Assembly (NCBI GenBank): GCA_913020725.1
Contig: CAJWCD010000003.1
Coordinates: forward strand, 1 to 61,639
DNA from: an uncultured Pseudomonadota bacterium
GTDB lineage: Bacteria; SAR324; NAC60-12
DNA: 61,639 bases
Direction: 5' to 3'
A model generated the notes under the pieces. It made no database searches, had not been told where the DNA came from, and worked only from the letters and a program-made list of their open reading frames with translations. The translations under genes and the position numbers were made by a program. Shown piece by piece: positions 9,901 through 17,827 of the stretch. Numbering within the stretch: position 1 is the first letter of the stretch; the number at the start of each line of letters is the position of its first letter.

Positions 9901-10150
9901 CATCTGCTTTACCGATGAAGAGGTCGTCGTCCCCATCTCCATCAATGTCGGCGAAGCTCAGTTTGGCACGGCTGAAGGAGCGATGGTAGAGCAGAGCTTC
10001 GACACCGTTGATCTTGCCATAGTACTGCTGCTCCCACTGGTAAGTGAGGGCAATGGGAGGGGCGGAGTCGTCTTGTTGCGCGAGCAGTTCCGAAGCCGGG
10101 GCAAGCAGCAGCAATCCGAGGCTGAGGAGTCCAGTGCGAAGGCGTGACAT
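6923..10150 (-). CDS. Large secreted protein of about 1075 aa with many FG-GAP/VCBS repeats, probably forming two beta-propellers. It has a signal peptide and a Pro/Glu/Ala-rich linker. The real start is the ATG at 10150, not 10381.
   Basis: Repeated motifs such as DIDGDGDDDLFIG, DLDGDGDLDVVVGN and DLDGDDDPDLLVGS. The N-terminus MSRLRTGLLSLGLLLLAPASELLAQQ looks like a signal peptide. The sequence upstream of 10150 has no repeat content. Confidence 0.7.
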   Translation of the reverse strand: MSRLRTGLLSLGLLLLAPASELLAQQDDSAPPIALTYQWEQQYYGKINGVEALLYHRSFSRAKLSFADIDGDGDDDLFIGKADGRIAFFQNIGTSSKPEFRLKMEDFAAFHIELDANQQPVQLEEVIDVGSNAAPELVDIDSDGDLDLFIGSGDGSLFHYENRGNRILPRLFLKTPLYMNLKFPRNLVPRFADVNGDRNPDLLVGTGSGKVRLLLNSGVTTRALFCPDPLPGRSSDPNCIHFPQDISSIAPLIDASPNWVDWDRDGDFDIVVGKSNGRVNFLLNKGDRFTPHWERESQRFLYINTGGHSAPTFYDLDKDGFPELFLGSSTSRVFFFENREPLLIGLQGIPQLDLSTFTLSDPSIVLLTQACEQLRGNPECLNVLAPAFGQPITVPSLEALNAEIYRPDVSLDSTPIAMPEQEAAIQPQSEGEAETPPAQANVNVAEGQPPADPEAEIAAEDAPPAGPEAEAAPEPEETKGLLTRNRLWFRTRNFLNLTELAPNERHTKITSGDWNGDGRADLLVGSGSGRIYAYENQNSETESNWVRREFLAFAPNQRRYSAPTLADLDGDGDLDVVVGNRSGRLELILNQGDAKQPNWVVTNVHFFQIDVGNDSFPALSDLDGDADLDLLVGNGKGLVILYENKGSKTKPQFILRNTRFARSKTDGYAAPALFHWNEDEFADLVVGQRGGLLQLYSRTPRKNAPASSGWHLESDTWQSLRSESYSTPHFVDVDNDKQTDLLMGDEEGHVLFWRNAGVQKTEQLPEPEPVLVSNTLEDTEELPEQDEDVAEPVVSAPKTQEPTPPLFTLVTDQFGGIQAGRRTTPTLLDLDGDNDFDLLLGNRIGELLHLVNEGGQGATITWRLATRNFLDYRNGRYSAPVAADLDGDDDPDLLVGSANGSIRYWENKGTKQFPDFIANPAPFLGVTGGSNAVPAVLDLNNDGYSDLLVGNFEGNLRQFIRLNGQNGFRFKLMHRRFLNLDVGLGAVPSVADLNNDAQPDLVVGSDRGQLISFVPANTTEQSSPWGWVKNNEYFKELKLPLGGYPAFADLDGDGDLDMLVGTESGPLSYYRNDAQ

Positions 10151-10246
10151 CGCGTGAAAATCGTGGAAGAAGGGATTGGTTCGGTGGGCAAAGCCCGGTC
10201 TGCTGGATATGCACAAGACACGCCTCTCGGAGGTCGTGGTCGGTTG

Positions 10247-10303
10247 TTGATCGCTGAGAATCGACCACCGATAACTGATCACTGAGAACAGATCACTGTT
10301 CAG
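10247..10303 (+). repeat. Three direct repeats of about 12 nt (TGATCGCTGAGAA, TGATCACTGAGAA, GATCACTGTTCAG) in the 149-bp region upstream of the FG-GAP gene.
   Basis: Read directly from the sequence. They lie between the EAL-like gene stop and the FG-GAP start. Confidence 0.35.
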
Positions 10304-11301
10304 TCCGCGATCAGGCCCTTGAAGAAGAGTCCGTACTCCTCCGGAGTGTGGTCCTGGATCAGTCCGAAATAGCGGTCCCACGGAGGCAGGGGAACGCGCT
10401 CCCGACTCTGATAGTAGAGGACCGTTTCCGGATCAGACCAGGATTCGGCAAGGTAGGTTTTGAGCGGAGCATGCTCGCCCAACCCTTCGAAGACGATCAC
10501 AGGGGAGCGTGAGGCGTGGGCGTACTGTGCAAGCTGCCAGACGATTTGTCCGCCTTCACCCTCCCGGAGGCGTTGTTCGAGAACCTGCGTGGCCTGATAG
10601 TCGATCTTGATCCACTCTGCGAGATCCATCAATTCCCGCTGAACCGTGTCATCCATCTGGTTGGTGTCGTCGAGCACCAGCCGGATATGCAGGTCTTCAG
10701 AAAGGGTCCGGAGCGTTGAGAGGTAATCCTCGGTGAGCGCTTCGTTGACTTCAAAGCAGAAGGTGCTCTGTGATTCCGGAAAAAGTTCCAGTGCCGTGCG
10801 CAGGGCACGTGGATAGTTGAGGTAATCGGCGTCCACGTTCTGCGTGAAGAGCAGCGAGGGGACGGTGTCTCCGTACTGTTCAATCTGCTGCTTCAACAAC
10901 CGGACGGTCAGGAAGGCGGAGATCAGGGTAGAGAAGCGGATCAACACTGAAGGGATTTCCAGACTCCGGCATTTTTCGAGAATCTTGCCAAAGCTGTCGC
11001 CGGTGCTGTGGATGGCCAGCAGTTCAAATCCGCGAGTTGTTGGCAAAACGTCCTTGGGAGCAAGCACATCGATGGACTCGGCCTTGACGGAAATCCAGCG
11101 CAGGTAGTTTTGAGCGCGGGTGCCCAACTGGTTCCACTCATGCTCCAGCAAACCTTCGAGCAAGGTGGGGATCAGTTCCGGGAAGCAGAGCACGGGGATG
11201 TTGGGAGGCGCGGCAACCGCCGCCTGCCGCAGCAGTGCTTCCGGTGTCAGTGCATCCCCCAAACGAGCCTGCAAGGTTTCCAGATCAGCAGACATGGCCA
11301 T
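10300..11301 (-). CDS. Degenerate EAL-like (c-di-GMP phosphodiesterase-like) domain protein, 333 aa.
   Basis: Motifs occur in the order expected for an EAL domain: FEVNEAL (cf. E-L-T-E), LVLDDTNQMDDT (cf. DDFGTG), WIKIDYQ (cf. KIDRSF) and VFEGLGE (cf. AEGVE). The start ATG overlaps the dnaB stop as TGATG. Confidence 0.45.
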   Translation of the reverse strand: MAMSADLETLQARLGDALTPEALLRQAAVAAPPNIPVLCFPELIPTLLEGLLEHEWNQLGTRAQNYLRWISVKAESIDVLAPKDVLPTTRGFELLAIHSTGDSFGKILEKCRSLEIPSVLIRFSTLISAFLTVRLLKQQIEQYGDTVPSLLFTQNVDADYLNYPRALRTALELFPESQSTFCFEVNEALTEDYLSTLRTLSEDLHIRLVLDDTNQMDDTVQRELMDLAEWIKIDYQATQVLEQRLREGEGGQIVWQLAQYAHASRSPVIVFEGLGEHAPLKTYLAESWSDPETVLYYQSRERVPLPPWDRYFGLIQDHTPEEYGLFFKGLIAD

Positions 11302-12656
11302 CAGGCCGGCTCCACTGCGAGGTTGGCAAACTTGGTGTACTGCCCGATGAACGCAAGCCGCCGCATTCCGGTTTCACCGTTGCGGTGCTTGGCGAGGTGG
11401 ATTTCGGCAATGCCCTTGTCCTCAGTGTTCTCATGGTACACCTCATCGCGGTAGATAAAGAGAATCAAGTCGGCATCCTGTTCCAAGGCTCCGGATTCAC
11501 GGAGATCCGCCATCATCGGGCGTTTGTCTGCACGGCGCTCAAGGTCACGGTTGAGCTGTGAGAGGGCGAGGACCGGAACCGAAAACTCCTTGGCCAGTGC
11601 CTTGAGCGAGCGCGAGATCTCGGAGATTTCCTGCTCGCGGGAGTCAATGCGGCGGGTGGACTGCATGAGTTGGAGGTAGTCCACCACGACGAGTCCCAGC
11701 GAACCATGCTCCTGGACCACCTGCCGGACAACTTTGCGGATGTGCATGGGCGAGATTCCGGAGTGGTCGTCAATGAACAGCGGTGTGTCCATCATGCGGG
11801 TGGTCGCTTCCAGCAGCTTATCCCAGTCGTCCTGCTCCAAGTCCCCCACCCAGAGCCTGCGGCTGTTCACCTTGGCCTCGCTACACACGAGGCGCATGGC
11901 GATGTGCTCACGGGGCATTTCGAGGCTGAAAAGCAGAATGGGTTGGTTGGTCTGGAGCGCACCGTGAAGCGCGATATTGACTGCGAGGGCAGTCTTCCCC
12001 ATTGAAGGCCGGGCGGCGAGAATGATAAGGTCGCCACGTTGCAACCCCCGGGTCAACTCGTCCAACTCCGTGAAGCCGGTGGGCAGACCCGTGACCGCCT
12101 GCGGGGATTCCGAGAGTTTTTCAAGGTGTTCGAAGTTGGTGAGCAGCACCTCCTTGAGCCGGGCGTAGTCGGCTTGCGAGGTGCGGGCGTCAATGGCCCG
12201 CAGACGTTCGGTGGATTCCGCGAGGAAGGTGGAAACGTCCTCGGCCCCATCCTCTTGTCCACGCTTGGCAATCTCCTGAGCGGTGAGGATGATTTCGCGG
12301 AGTTGGCTTTTCTCGCGGACAATCTGGGCGTAGTAATCGGCGTTCTCCGGAACCGGGGTGTTTTGGGTGAGCTGGAGCAGATAATCCGCTCCCCCGGTTT
12401 TGTCAAAGAGTTGCCGATCCGTCAGCCAGCGGGCGAGAGTGAGTTCGTCGATGGGGGTTTCTTGCGCGGCCATCCCCTGCATCGCCGTGTAGATGTGGCG
12501 ATGCGCTGGCGAAAAGAAATCCTCCTCGATCAGCAGGTCAGCGATGGGTGCAAGCAGGTCGTTGCGGATAATAACGGACCCCAGCACCGCCTGCTCGGCC
12601 ATGCGGTCGTGCGGAAGGAGTTCCTCGAAGTTAGGTCTTTGAGGAGGTGTGGCCAT
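11301..12656 (-). CDS. dnaB: Replicative DNA helicase DnaB.
   Basis: Full-length DnaB architecture: N-terminal domain, Walker A (ARPSMGKTALA), FIDDHSGIS, SQLNRDLE and RESGALEQDADLILF. Confidence 0.9.
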   Translation of the reverse strand: MATPPQRPNFEELLPHDRMAEQAVLGSVIIRNDLLAPIADLLIEEDFFSPAHRHIYTAMQGMAAQETPIDELTLARWLTDRQLFDKTGGADYLLQLTQNTPVPENADYYAQIVREKSQLREIILTAQEIAKRGQEDGAEDVSTFLAESTERLRAIDARTSQADYARLKEVLLTNFEHLEKLSESPQAVTGLPTGFTELDELTRGLQRGDLIILAARPSMGKTALAVNIALHGALQTNQPILLFSLEMPREHIAMRLVCSEAKVNSRRLWVGDLEQDDWDKLLEATTRMMDTPLFIDDHSGISPMHIRKVVRQVVQEHGSLGLVVVDYLQLMQSTRRIDSREQEISEISRSLKALAKEFSVPVLALSQLNRDLERRADKRPMMADLRESGALEQDADLILFIYRDEVYHENTEDKGIAEIHLAKHRNGETGMRRLAFIGQYTKFANLAVEPA

Positions 12657-12739
12657 GGGAACCGGTTCGGAGGAAGGTCCGGAGGCAAAGTGCCCGGTTC
12701 ACCCCAGCAGTTGCAGCACCACCGGGGCCGATAAGGAAG

Positions 12740-13317
12740 TCAGGCGGCGTCTGCCTCTGACTCCTGTTCCAGCAGAGCCTCTTCCTCTTCGAGGGTGGGC
12801 TCGTTGCCAGCTTCAGCATCGCGCTGCTCGGCGGCGGCTTGTTCAGCCAAGGCCTGAGCAGCCTGCTCGGCGTCCTGCTGACCAATCACTTTGACGGAGA
12901 GTTCCACCCGCACATCCGTGTGAACACGCACCATGAACGAGTGGGCGCCCACGTTGCGGATCGGGCCGGGCAGGAGGATCGAACGGCGCTCGAACTTGAA
13001 GCCGTTTGCCTGAAAAAGCTCCAGCAGGTCGCGGTACGTCACGGAACCAAAAAGGCGTCCGCCCGGACCCGACTTGCGCGTGACCTCCAAGGTCAGCGCC
13101 TTAAGCTTTTCAGCAATTTCCTGAGCTTGCGCGACGGCACCCGCCCGCAGCTTTTCCAGATACTGGAGCCGATGCTTCAACTCCTTGGACTTCTTGCCGC
13201 TCGCCAACAGGGCCATGCCCTGCGGCAGCAGGTAGTTCCGGCCATAGCCGGGCTTGACGTCAATGGTATCTCCGATCACACCAAGGTTGGATACATCTTG
13301 AGTCAGAATCAGTTTCA
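12740..13317 (-). CDS. rplI: 50S ribosomal protein L9 with an acidic, Ala-rich C-terminal extension. The start is a GTG at 13317.
   Basis: The N-terminus reads KLILTQDVSNLGVIGDTIDVKPGYGRNYLLPQGMA. The upstream in-frame stretch has no homology. Confidence 0.8.
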
Positions 13318-13328
13318 CGGTGTCCTCC

Positions 13329-13610
13329 TCAGCCGCTGGTGTAGGACAAGAGTGCCAAATTTCGGGCGCGCTTGACCGCTGTACGCAGCATGCGCTGGTA
13401 CGGGGCCGACACTCCGGAAATACGACTGGGGACGATCTTGCCGCCCTCCGTGACATACTGCTTGAGCAAATCAACGTCTTTGTAGTCAATGCGCTGAACA
13501 CCCGCTTCCTTGAAAGGGCAAGACTTGCGCTTACGGAGGAGAAGGATGCTAACGGGGATTCGGTAGCGTCGTCGTCCCCCTCGTCGTTTACGTTTTTTCA
13601 GGATTGGCAT
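13329..13610 (-). CDS. rpsR: 30S ribosomal protein S18.
   Basis: [58 protein letters not shown]. The ATG start at 13610 reads MPILKK. Confidence 0.8.
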   Translation of the reverse strand: MPILKKRKRRGGRRRYRIPVSILLLRKRKSCPFKEAGVQRIDYKDVDLLKQYVTEGGKIVPSRISGVSAPYQRMLRTAVKRARNLALLSYTSG

Positions 13611-13618
13611 GGATCTTC

Positions 13619-14173
13619 TCACTCAGTCGGGGTTTTAGGGGTTTCAGCGTCGGCTGTTTCAGCCTTGGGGCTGGTTTCGGCTTGTTCTGGAGGCACCTCG
13701 GTTTTTTCTGAGGTGTCGCCAGTTTTGGCTTCTGCCGTCTTACTGGACTTTTCTTGGGCTTTTCTTTCGTTGAAGCGAGCTTTGCCAGCAAACTTGGCGG
13801 CTCGCTCGGCCTCGGCAGCAGCCCGTTCTGCCGCCCGCTCCGCATTTGCAGCGAGCAGAGCCTCGAATTGGCTGGCTTCGGATTCAATGTTGCTCACCCG
13901 GAGGGAGAAGAAGCGCAACACATCATCGGTCAGGTTGAACTGGTGTTCCAATTCAGTGAGGGCAGAACCAGGACCCTCGACGTACCAAATGTGGTACACA
14001 CCATAATCCTGATTGTCAATCGGATAGGCAAGTCGCCTCCGGCCCCAGACGAACTGCTGCTTGACTGTGGCTTTCTCTTTTTTGAGGGTACTCTCGGCCT
14101 TCTTCAGGAACGTGCTCTGCTCCTCCTCGCTGAAGCGGGCGCTGGTGATAAAGATAATTTCGTAGGAACTCAT
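13619..14173 (-). CDS. rpsF: 30S ribosomal protein S6 with a roughly 90-aa Ala/Glu/Lys-rich C-terminal tail.
   Basis: [27 protein letters not shown]...YHIWYVEG. The start is the ATG at 14173. Confidence 0.8.
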   Translation of the reverse strand: MSSYEIIFITSARFSEEEQSTFLKKAESTLKKEKATVKQQFVWGRRRLAYPIDNQDYGVYHIWYVEGPGSALTELEHQFNLTDDVLRFFSLRVSNIESEASQFEALLAANAERAAERAAAEAERAAKFAGKARFNERKAQEKSSKTAEAKTGDTSEKTEVPPEQAETSPKAETADAETPKTPTE

Positions 14174-14312
14174 CGTGTTTCTTCCTTGCGGATGAAGCCC
14201 GCTTACGCGAGCAAGGAAAGGACGTCCTGCACGACAGGAACGACCTGCCTCCGGACCTCCCGGAGGACTTTGGAAAACCCGGCCAAAGCTCGGGTCCGTG
14301 TGCTTGTTTGCG

Positions 14313-15404
14313 TCAGACGTTGAACCGAAAATGGACGATGTCACCGTCCTGCACGATGTAGTCGCGCCCTTCCAGACGCCAGCGTCCGGCGTCTTTCACA
14401 TTGGCTTCCGTGCCGAGTTCGTCGAGATCCCGGAAATGGAACACTTCGGCGCGGATGAAGCCCTTTTCAAAATCGGTGTGGATGCGGCCTGCGGCCTGTG
14501 GCGCTGCCGTCTGCCCCCGAATTTCCCAGGCCCGCACCTCCTGCTTGCCAGCGGTGAAGAAGGTGATCTGCTGGAGCAAGCTGTAGCCGGTGCGGATCAC
14601 CCGCACCAGCCCGGCTTCGGCGATGCCCAACTCAGTCATGAAAAGCTGCGCGTCCTCATCGTCCATCTCGGCAAGCTCAGCTTCAACTTGCGCACAAATC
14701 GGGATGACCTCCACTCCTTCTGCCTCTGCCCGTTGCCGGAGTTGCTGCTCAAACGGTTCTGGGTGCTGGAGTCCTTGCTCCGAAACGTTGGCGACATAGA
14801 AGTACGGCTTGCTCGTGAGCAGGTTGAGGTCGCCGACGGTCCCCCACTCCTCCTGATCCAACTCAACGGTGCGGGCGAGTTTGCCGCTGTTGAGGTGCGC
14901 AAGCAGTTTTTCGCAGGCGGCGAGTTCCAGTTTGTCCCCCTTGCCCACCTTGCTCTGGCGCGTGGCCTTCTCCAAACGCCGCTCCACTTGCTCCAAATCT
15001 GCGAGCGTCAGTTCGGTCTGGATGACCTCGACGTCTCCAAGCGGATCGGGCTGGCCTGTGACATGGATCACATTGTCATCCTTAAAGCAGCGCACTACAT
15101 GCGCAAGCGCCTGCACCTGCCGGATGTGACCAAGAAACTGATTTCCGAGTCCTTCACCTCGGCTGGCTCCGGCGACGAGACCTGCGATGTCCACCATCTG
15201 AAGTGTCGCAGGCACGGTGCGCTCCGGTTCGACCAGTTCGACAATGCGGTCTAGCCGAGCATCCCGAACGGGCACCACACCCAAATTTGGGTCGATGGTA
15301 CAAAACGGGTAGTTCGCGACTTCCGCTTGCACCTTCGTGAGGGCGCGGAAGAGGGTGGACTTGCCAACGTTGGGCAGTCCAACGATCCCGACTTCAAGAG
15401 ACAT
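14313..15404 (-). CDS. ychF: Ribosome-binding ATPase YchF.
   Basis: GIVGLPNVGKSTLF, NYPFCTIDPN, and a TGS-like C-terminus (HFRFNV). Confidence 0.9.
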   Translation of the reverse strand: MSLEVGIVGLPNVGKSTLFRALTKVQAEVANYPFCTIDPNLGVVPVRDARLDRIVELVEPERTVPATLQMVDIAGLVAGASRGEGLGNQFLGHIRQVQALAHVVRCFKDDNVIHVTGQPDPLGDVEVIQTELTLADLEQVERRLEKATRQSKVGKGDKLELAACEKLLAHLNSGKLARTVELDQEEWGTVGDLNLLTSKPYFYVANVSEQGLQHPEPFEQQLRQRAEAEGVEVIPICAQVEAELAEMDDEDAQLFMTELGIAEAGLVRVIRTGYSLLQQITFFTAGKQEVRAWEIRGQTAAPQAAGRIHTDFEKGFIRAEVFHFRDLDELGTEANVKDAGRWRLEGRDYIVQDGDIVHFRFNV

Positions 15405-15409
15405 CGCGC

Positions 15410-16000
15410 TCAGCTTGCGGTTGTTTCAGCCACAACGGGCTGAGGGGCGGCGAGCGTGGTGTCGCACCAAGTTCCGGAACGCAGGAAGCGCGTCAGTGCC
15501 TCCAGCAACGCAGGCATGACTGCTTGGGTCGCCGACTCATCTTCCGGCTTCCAGTGCCCCAGCACATGGCCGGTCACGGAACGTTCGCCTTGCGGGCGAC
15601 CAATGCCGACTCGGGCCCGGCGAAACTGCTCGGTGCCCAACTGCTCGATGAGGGAGCGCAGGCCGTTGTGCCCGCCGTGACTCCCGGAGGTACGCAAGCG
15701 CACACGTCCCGGAGGCAGGTCCAGATCGTCGGAAACCACCACAAGGTTTTCCGGTGCGATCTTGAAAAAACGGAGGCATTCTGCCACGGAAAACCCGCTA
15801 CGGTTCATGTAAGTCTGGGGCTTGAGCAACAAGAACGGCTCCGCTCCGGCACTCCCGCGTTGCATCAACCCCTGAAAGCGATGCTGGGGGCTGGGTAGCT
15901 CAAGCTGGCGAGCGAGTCGATCCACCACCTCAAATCCAGCGTTGTGTGGGGTGTTCTCGTACTCCCTCCCCGGATTGCCAAGTCCGGCGATCAGGCGCAT
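15410..16000 (-). CDS. pth: Peptidyl-tRNA hydrolase.
   Basis: MRLIAGLGNPGREYENTPHNAGF... Confidence 0.9.
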   Translation of the reverse strand: MRLIAGLGNPGREYENTPHNAGFEVVDRLARQLELPSPQHRFQGLMQRGSAGAEPFLLLKPQTYMNRSGFSVAECLRFFKIAPENLVVVSDDLDLPPGRVRLRTSGSHGGHNGLRSLIEQLGTEQFRRARVGIGRPQGERSVTGHVLGHWKPEDESATQAVMPALLEALTRFLRSGTWCDTTLAAPQPVVAETTAS

Positions 16001-16035
16001 GTGCAGGTCTCAGACGCGATGCGGAGGGTAGACCC

Positions 16036-16671
16036 TCATGCTTCAGTGGCCTCTTCAGGCGTTTCTGCGACCTCCTCTTCTTCATCGGTCAACATGCGGG
16101 CCATGCGCCCAACGATGGAGGCGACCACGAAATTCTCTTTGCTGGCCAACTGCACCCCTTCCGGAAGCATTAATTCCTCCACGCGTAGGATCGTGTCAAG
16201 GTCCAGTTCCGAAACGTCCACGTCCACCGACATCGGAATCTGATCCGGCAGGCAGATCACTTCCAAATTCCGGACAGCGAGTTGCATGACCCCGCCCTTG
16301 CGGACTCCGGGGGCCTCGCCCAAGACGTTCAGTGGAATACGGAGCTTCACAGGTTTTTCTGTGTTCAACTCCCGGAAGTCGAGGTGGATGAGGAGGTGCT
16401 TGTAGGAGTGCTTCTGAACCTCCTTGAGCATCACTTTGCCGTTCCATTCCTCCTTGTCAGAGTCGGCGTTGAGGACACTCAGTGGCACCAATTCGTGGGT
16501 GCCGGTCAGTTTTTCCAAGGCGTGTCGGGTGGGTTCCTCGTCCATCTCCAAGTGCAGCACCCCGCTCAGGCCATTGAAGGCAGCAGGGATTTTTTGGAGA
16601 CGACGGAGCCGTTGATTGTCGGTCTTGCCGGTTACCTTGCGGAGACGGGCTTGAAGTGCTGGTGCGGACAT
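16036..16671 (-). CDS. rplY: 50S ribosomal protein L25 / general stress protein Ctc, with an acidic tail.
   Basis: Ctc/L25 fold signature (HLLIHLDFREL...PVKLRIPL) in the operon position expected upstream of pth. Confidence 0.75.
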   Translation of the reverse strand: MSAPALQARLRKVTGKTDNQRLRRLQKIPAAFNGLSGVLHLEMDEEPTRHALEKLTGTHELVPLSVLNADSDKEEWNGKVMLKEVQKHSYKHLLIHLDFRELNTEKPVKLRIPLNVLGEAPGVRKGGVMQLAVRNLEVICLPDQIPMSVDVDVSELDLDTILRVEELMLPEGVQLASKENFVVASIVGRMARMLTDEEEEVAETPEEATEA

Positions 16672-16941
16672 GGCCAGTGAACAGGCTGAGGTTCAGAAAG
16701 CAAACTAAACTTTATAACCTGCCTCTCTAAAGCAGTCAAACCAATTCTCACTCCAGAGGACTTGGAAACCAGGCGCGGACTCCCAATCTGCGGGGCGGTT
16801 TCTTGCTACGGACCCGACAAATCATCCCGGTCCTGCGGGCATCCTTGAGCGGATTTTCCCCATGAGTTTTCCGGAATTCTAGAAAAATCGGCTCCGGCAA
16901 CTGAATTTTTTTCAAAATCCCCTACCAAATTTTGGATAGTT

Positions 16942-17087
16942 CCCCTCTGGAGTGTTGGCGCCTGTCCTCAGCACAATTCACCCTGTCAAGTGTTGGGATT
17001 TTGCAAAAAGACGGCGTTTCCCGGTGCGTTTCCCCCGGTTTTCAGTTATTTTCCCCGATTTTTCAGAGGAACAACACTCCAGAGGGG
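16942..17087. repeat. Perfect 16-bp inverted repeat (CCCCTCTGGAGTGTTG ... CAACACTCCAGAGGGG) flanking a 114-bp segment with short internal direct repeats. It looks like a MITE-like element.
   Basis: Read directly from the sequence. It sits at the 5' end of the DUF3782-like reading frame. Confidence 0.4.
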
Positions 17088-17099
17088 GACTATCTGTTT

Positions 17100-17632
17100 T
17101 TCGAGAGAACGGTTTTCAGCGGAAGAAAAGCGTGAACTCGAGTGGAGGAAAGCCGATGAGCGTTTTGAAAAACGGATGCAGGAGCAGTACGAGAAGACCA
17201 ATGCCATCATTGGACGCTTGGGCAACCGGATCGGTGATTTCGTCGAAGGCTTGGTGCGTCCGGGGCTGATGCGGCTCTTCAACGAGCGGGGCATCCCGCT
17301 TGGGCAAACCGCGCAGTACCTTCCAGTCCCGGCGCGCGGGCGAGGAGACGATGGAGGTTGATCTGGCTGGCATCAACGGGGATGAGGTGGTGGTCGAGGT
17401 CAAGAGCAAGCTGACGGTGGATGATGTGCGGGATCACCTCTACCGGATGGAGAACTTCAAACGCTTCTTTCTCCGCAACGCCAACAACCGCCTCATCGGT
17501 GCGGTAGCGGGTCTGGTGATCTCTGAAGAGTCCGACAAGTTCGCCTATCGGCAGGGATTGTTTGTGATTGTCCAAACTGGAGAAACCGTCCAACTGCTCA
17601 ACGACAAGCAATTCCAACCAAAGCACTGGTAG
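17100..17632 (+). pseudogene. DUF3782-family (PD-(D/E)XK-like) protein. It is 5'-disrupted and frameshifted near 17340.
   Basis: Two overlapping frames, 16990-17361 and 17300-17632, together give a DUF3782-like sequence (EWRKADERFEKRMQE...IGRLGNRIGDFVEGLVRP...ERGIP followed by GEETMEVDLAGINGDEVVVEVK...). The N-terminus of the first frame has no convincing start and lies across the inverted-repeat element. Confidence 0.5.
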
Positions 17633-17827
17633 CCGTTCCGCCCGGAACTGGGTCGTTGTCACAACAATCTGGCTTCAGGAAGCCGATGTGCTCGATTGTG
17701 GGGCGCGTCAGTTTTTGTTTTTGAACCTGTCTTCGGCACCAATTGACTTCCCTTTGGCCGCAGACCTTCAGTATCGTGACAGACTGCACTCGTGTGTTTT
17801 TTGTGACCGCGAGGGGCAATCTGCGAT

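Noticed and set aside
10151-10381. Upstream extension of the FG-GAP ORF to the ATG at 10381.
   Set aside because: The extension lacks a signal peptide and lacks repeats. It would overlap the EAL-like gene. A clean signal peptide starts at the ATG at 10150.
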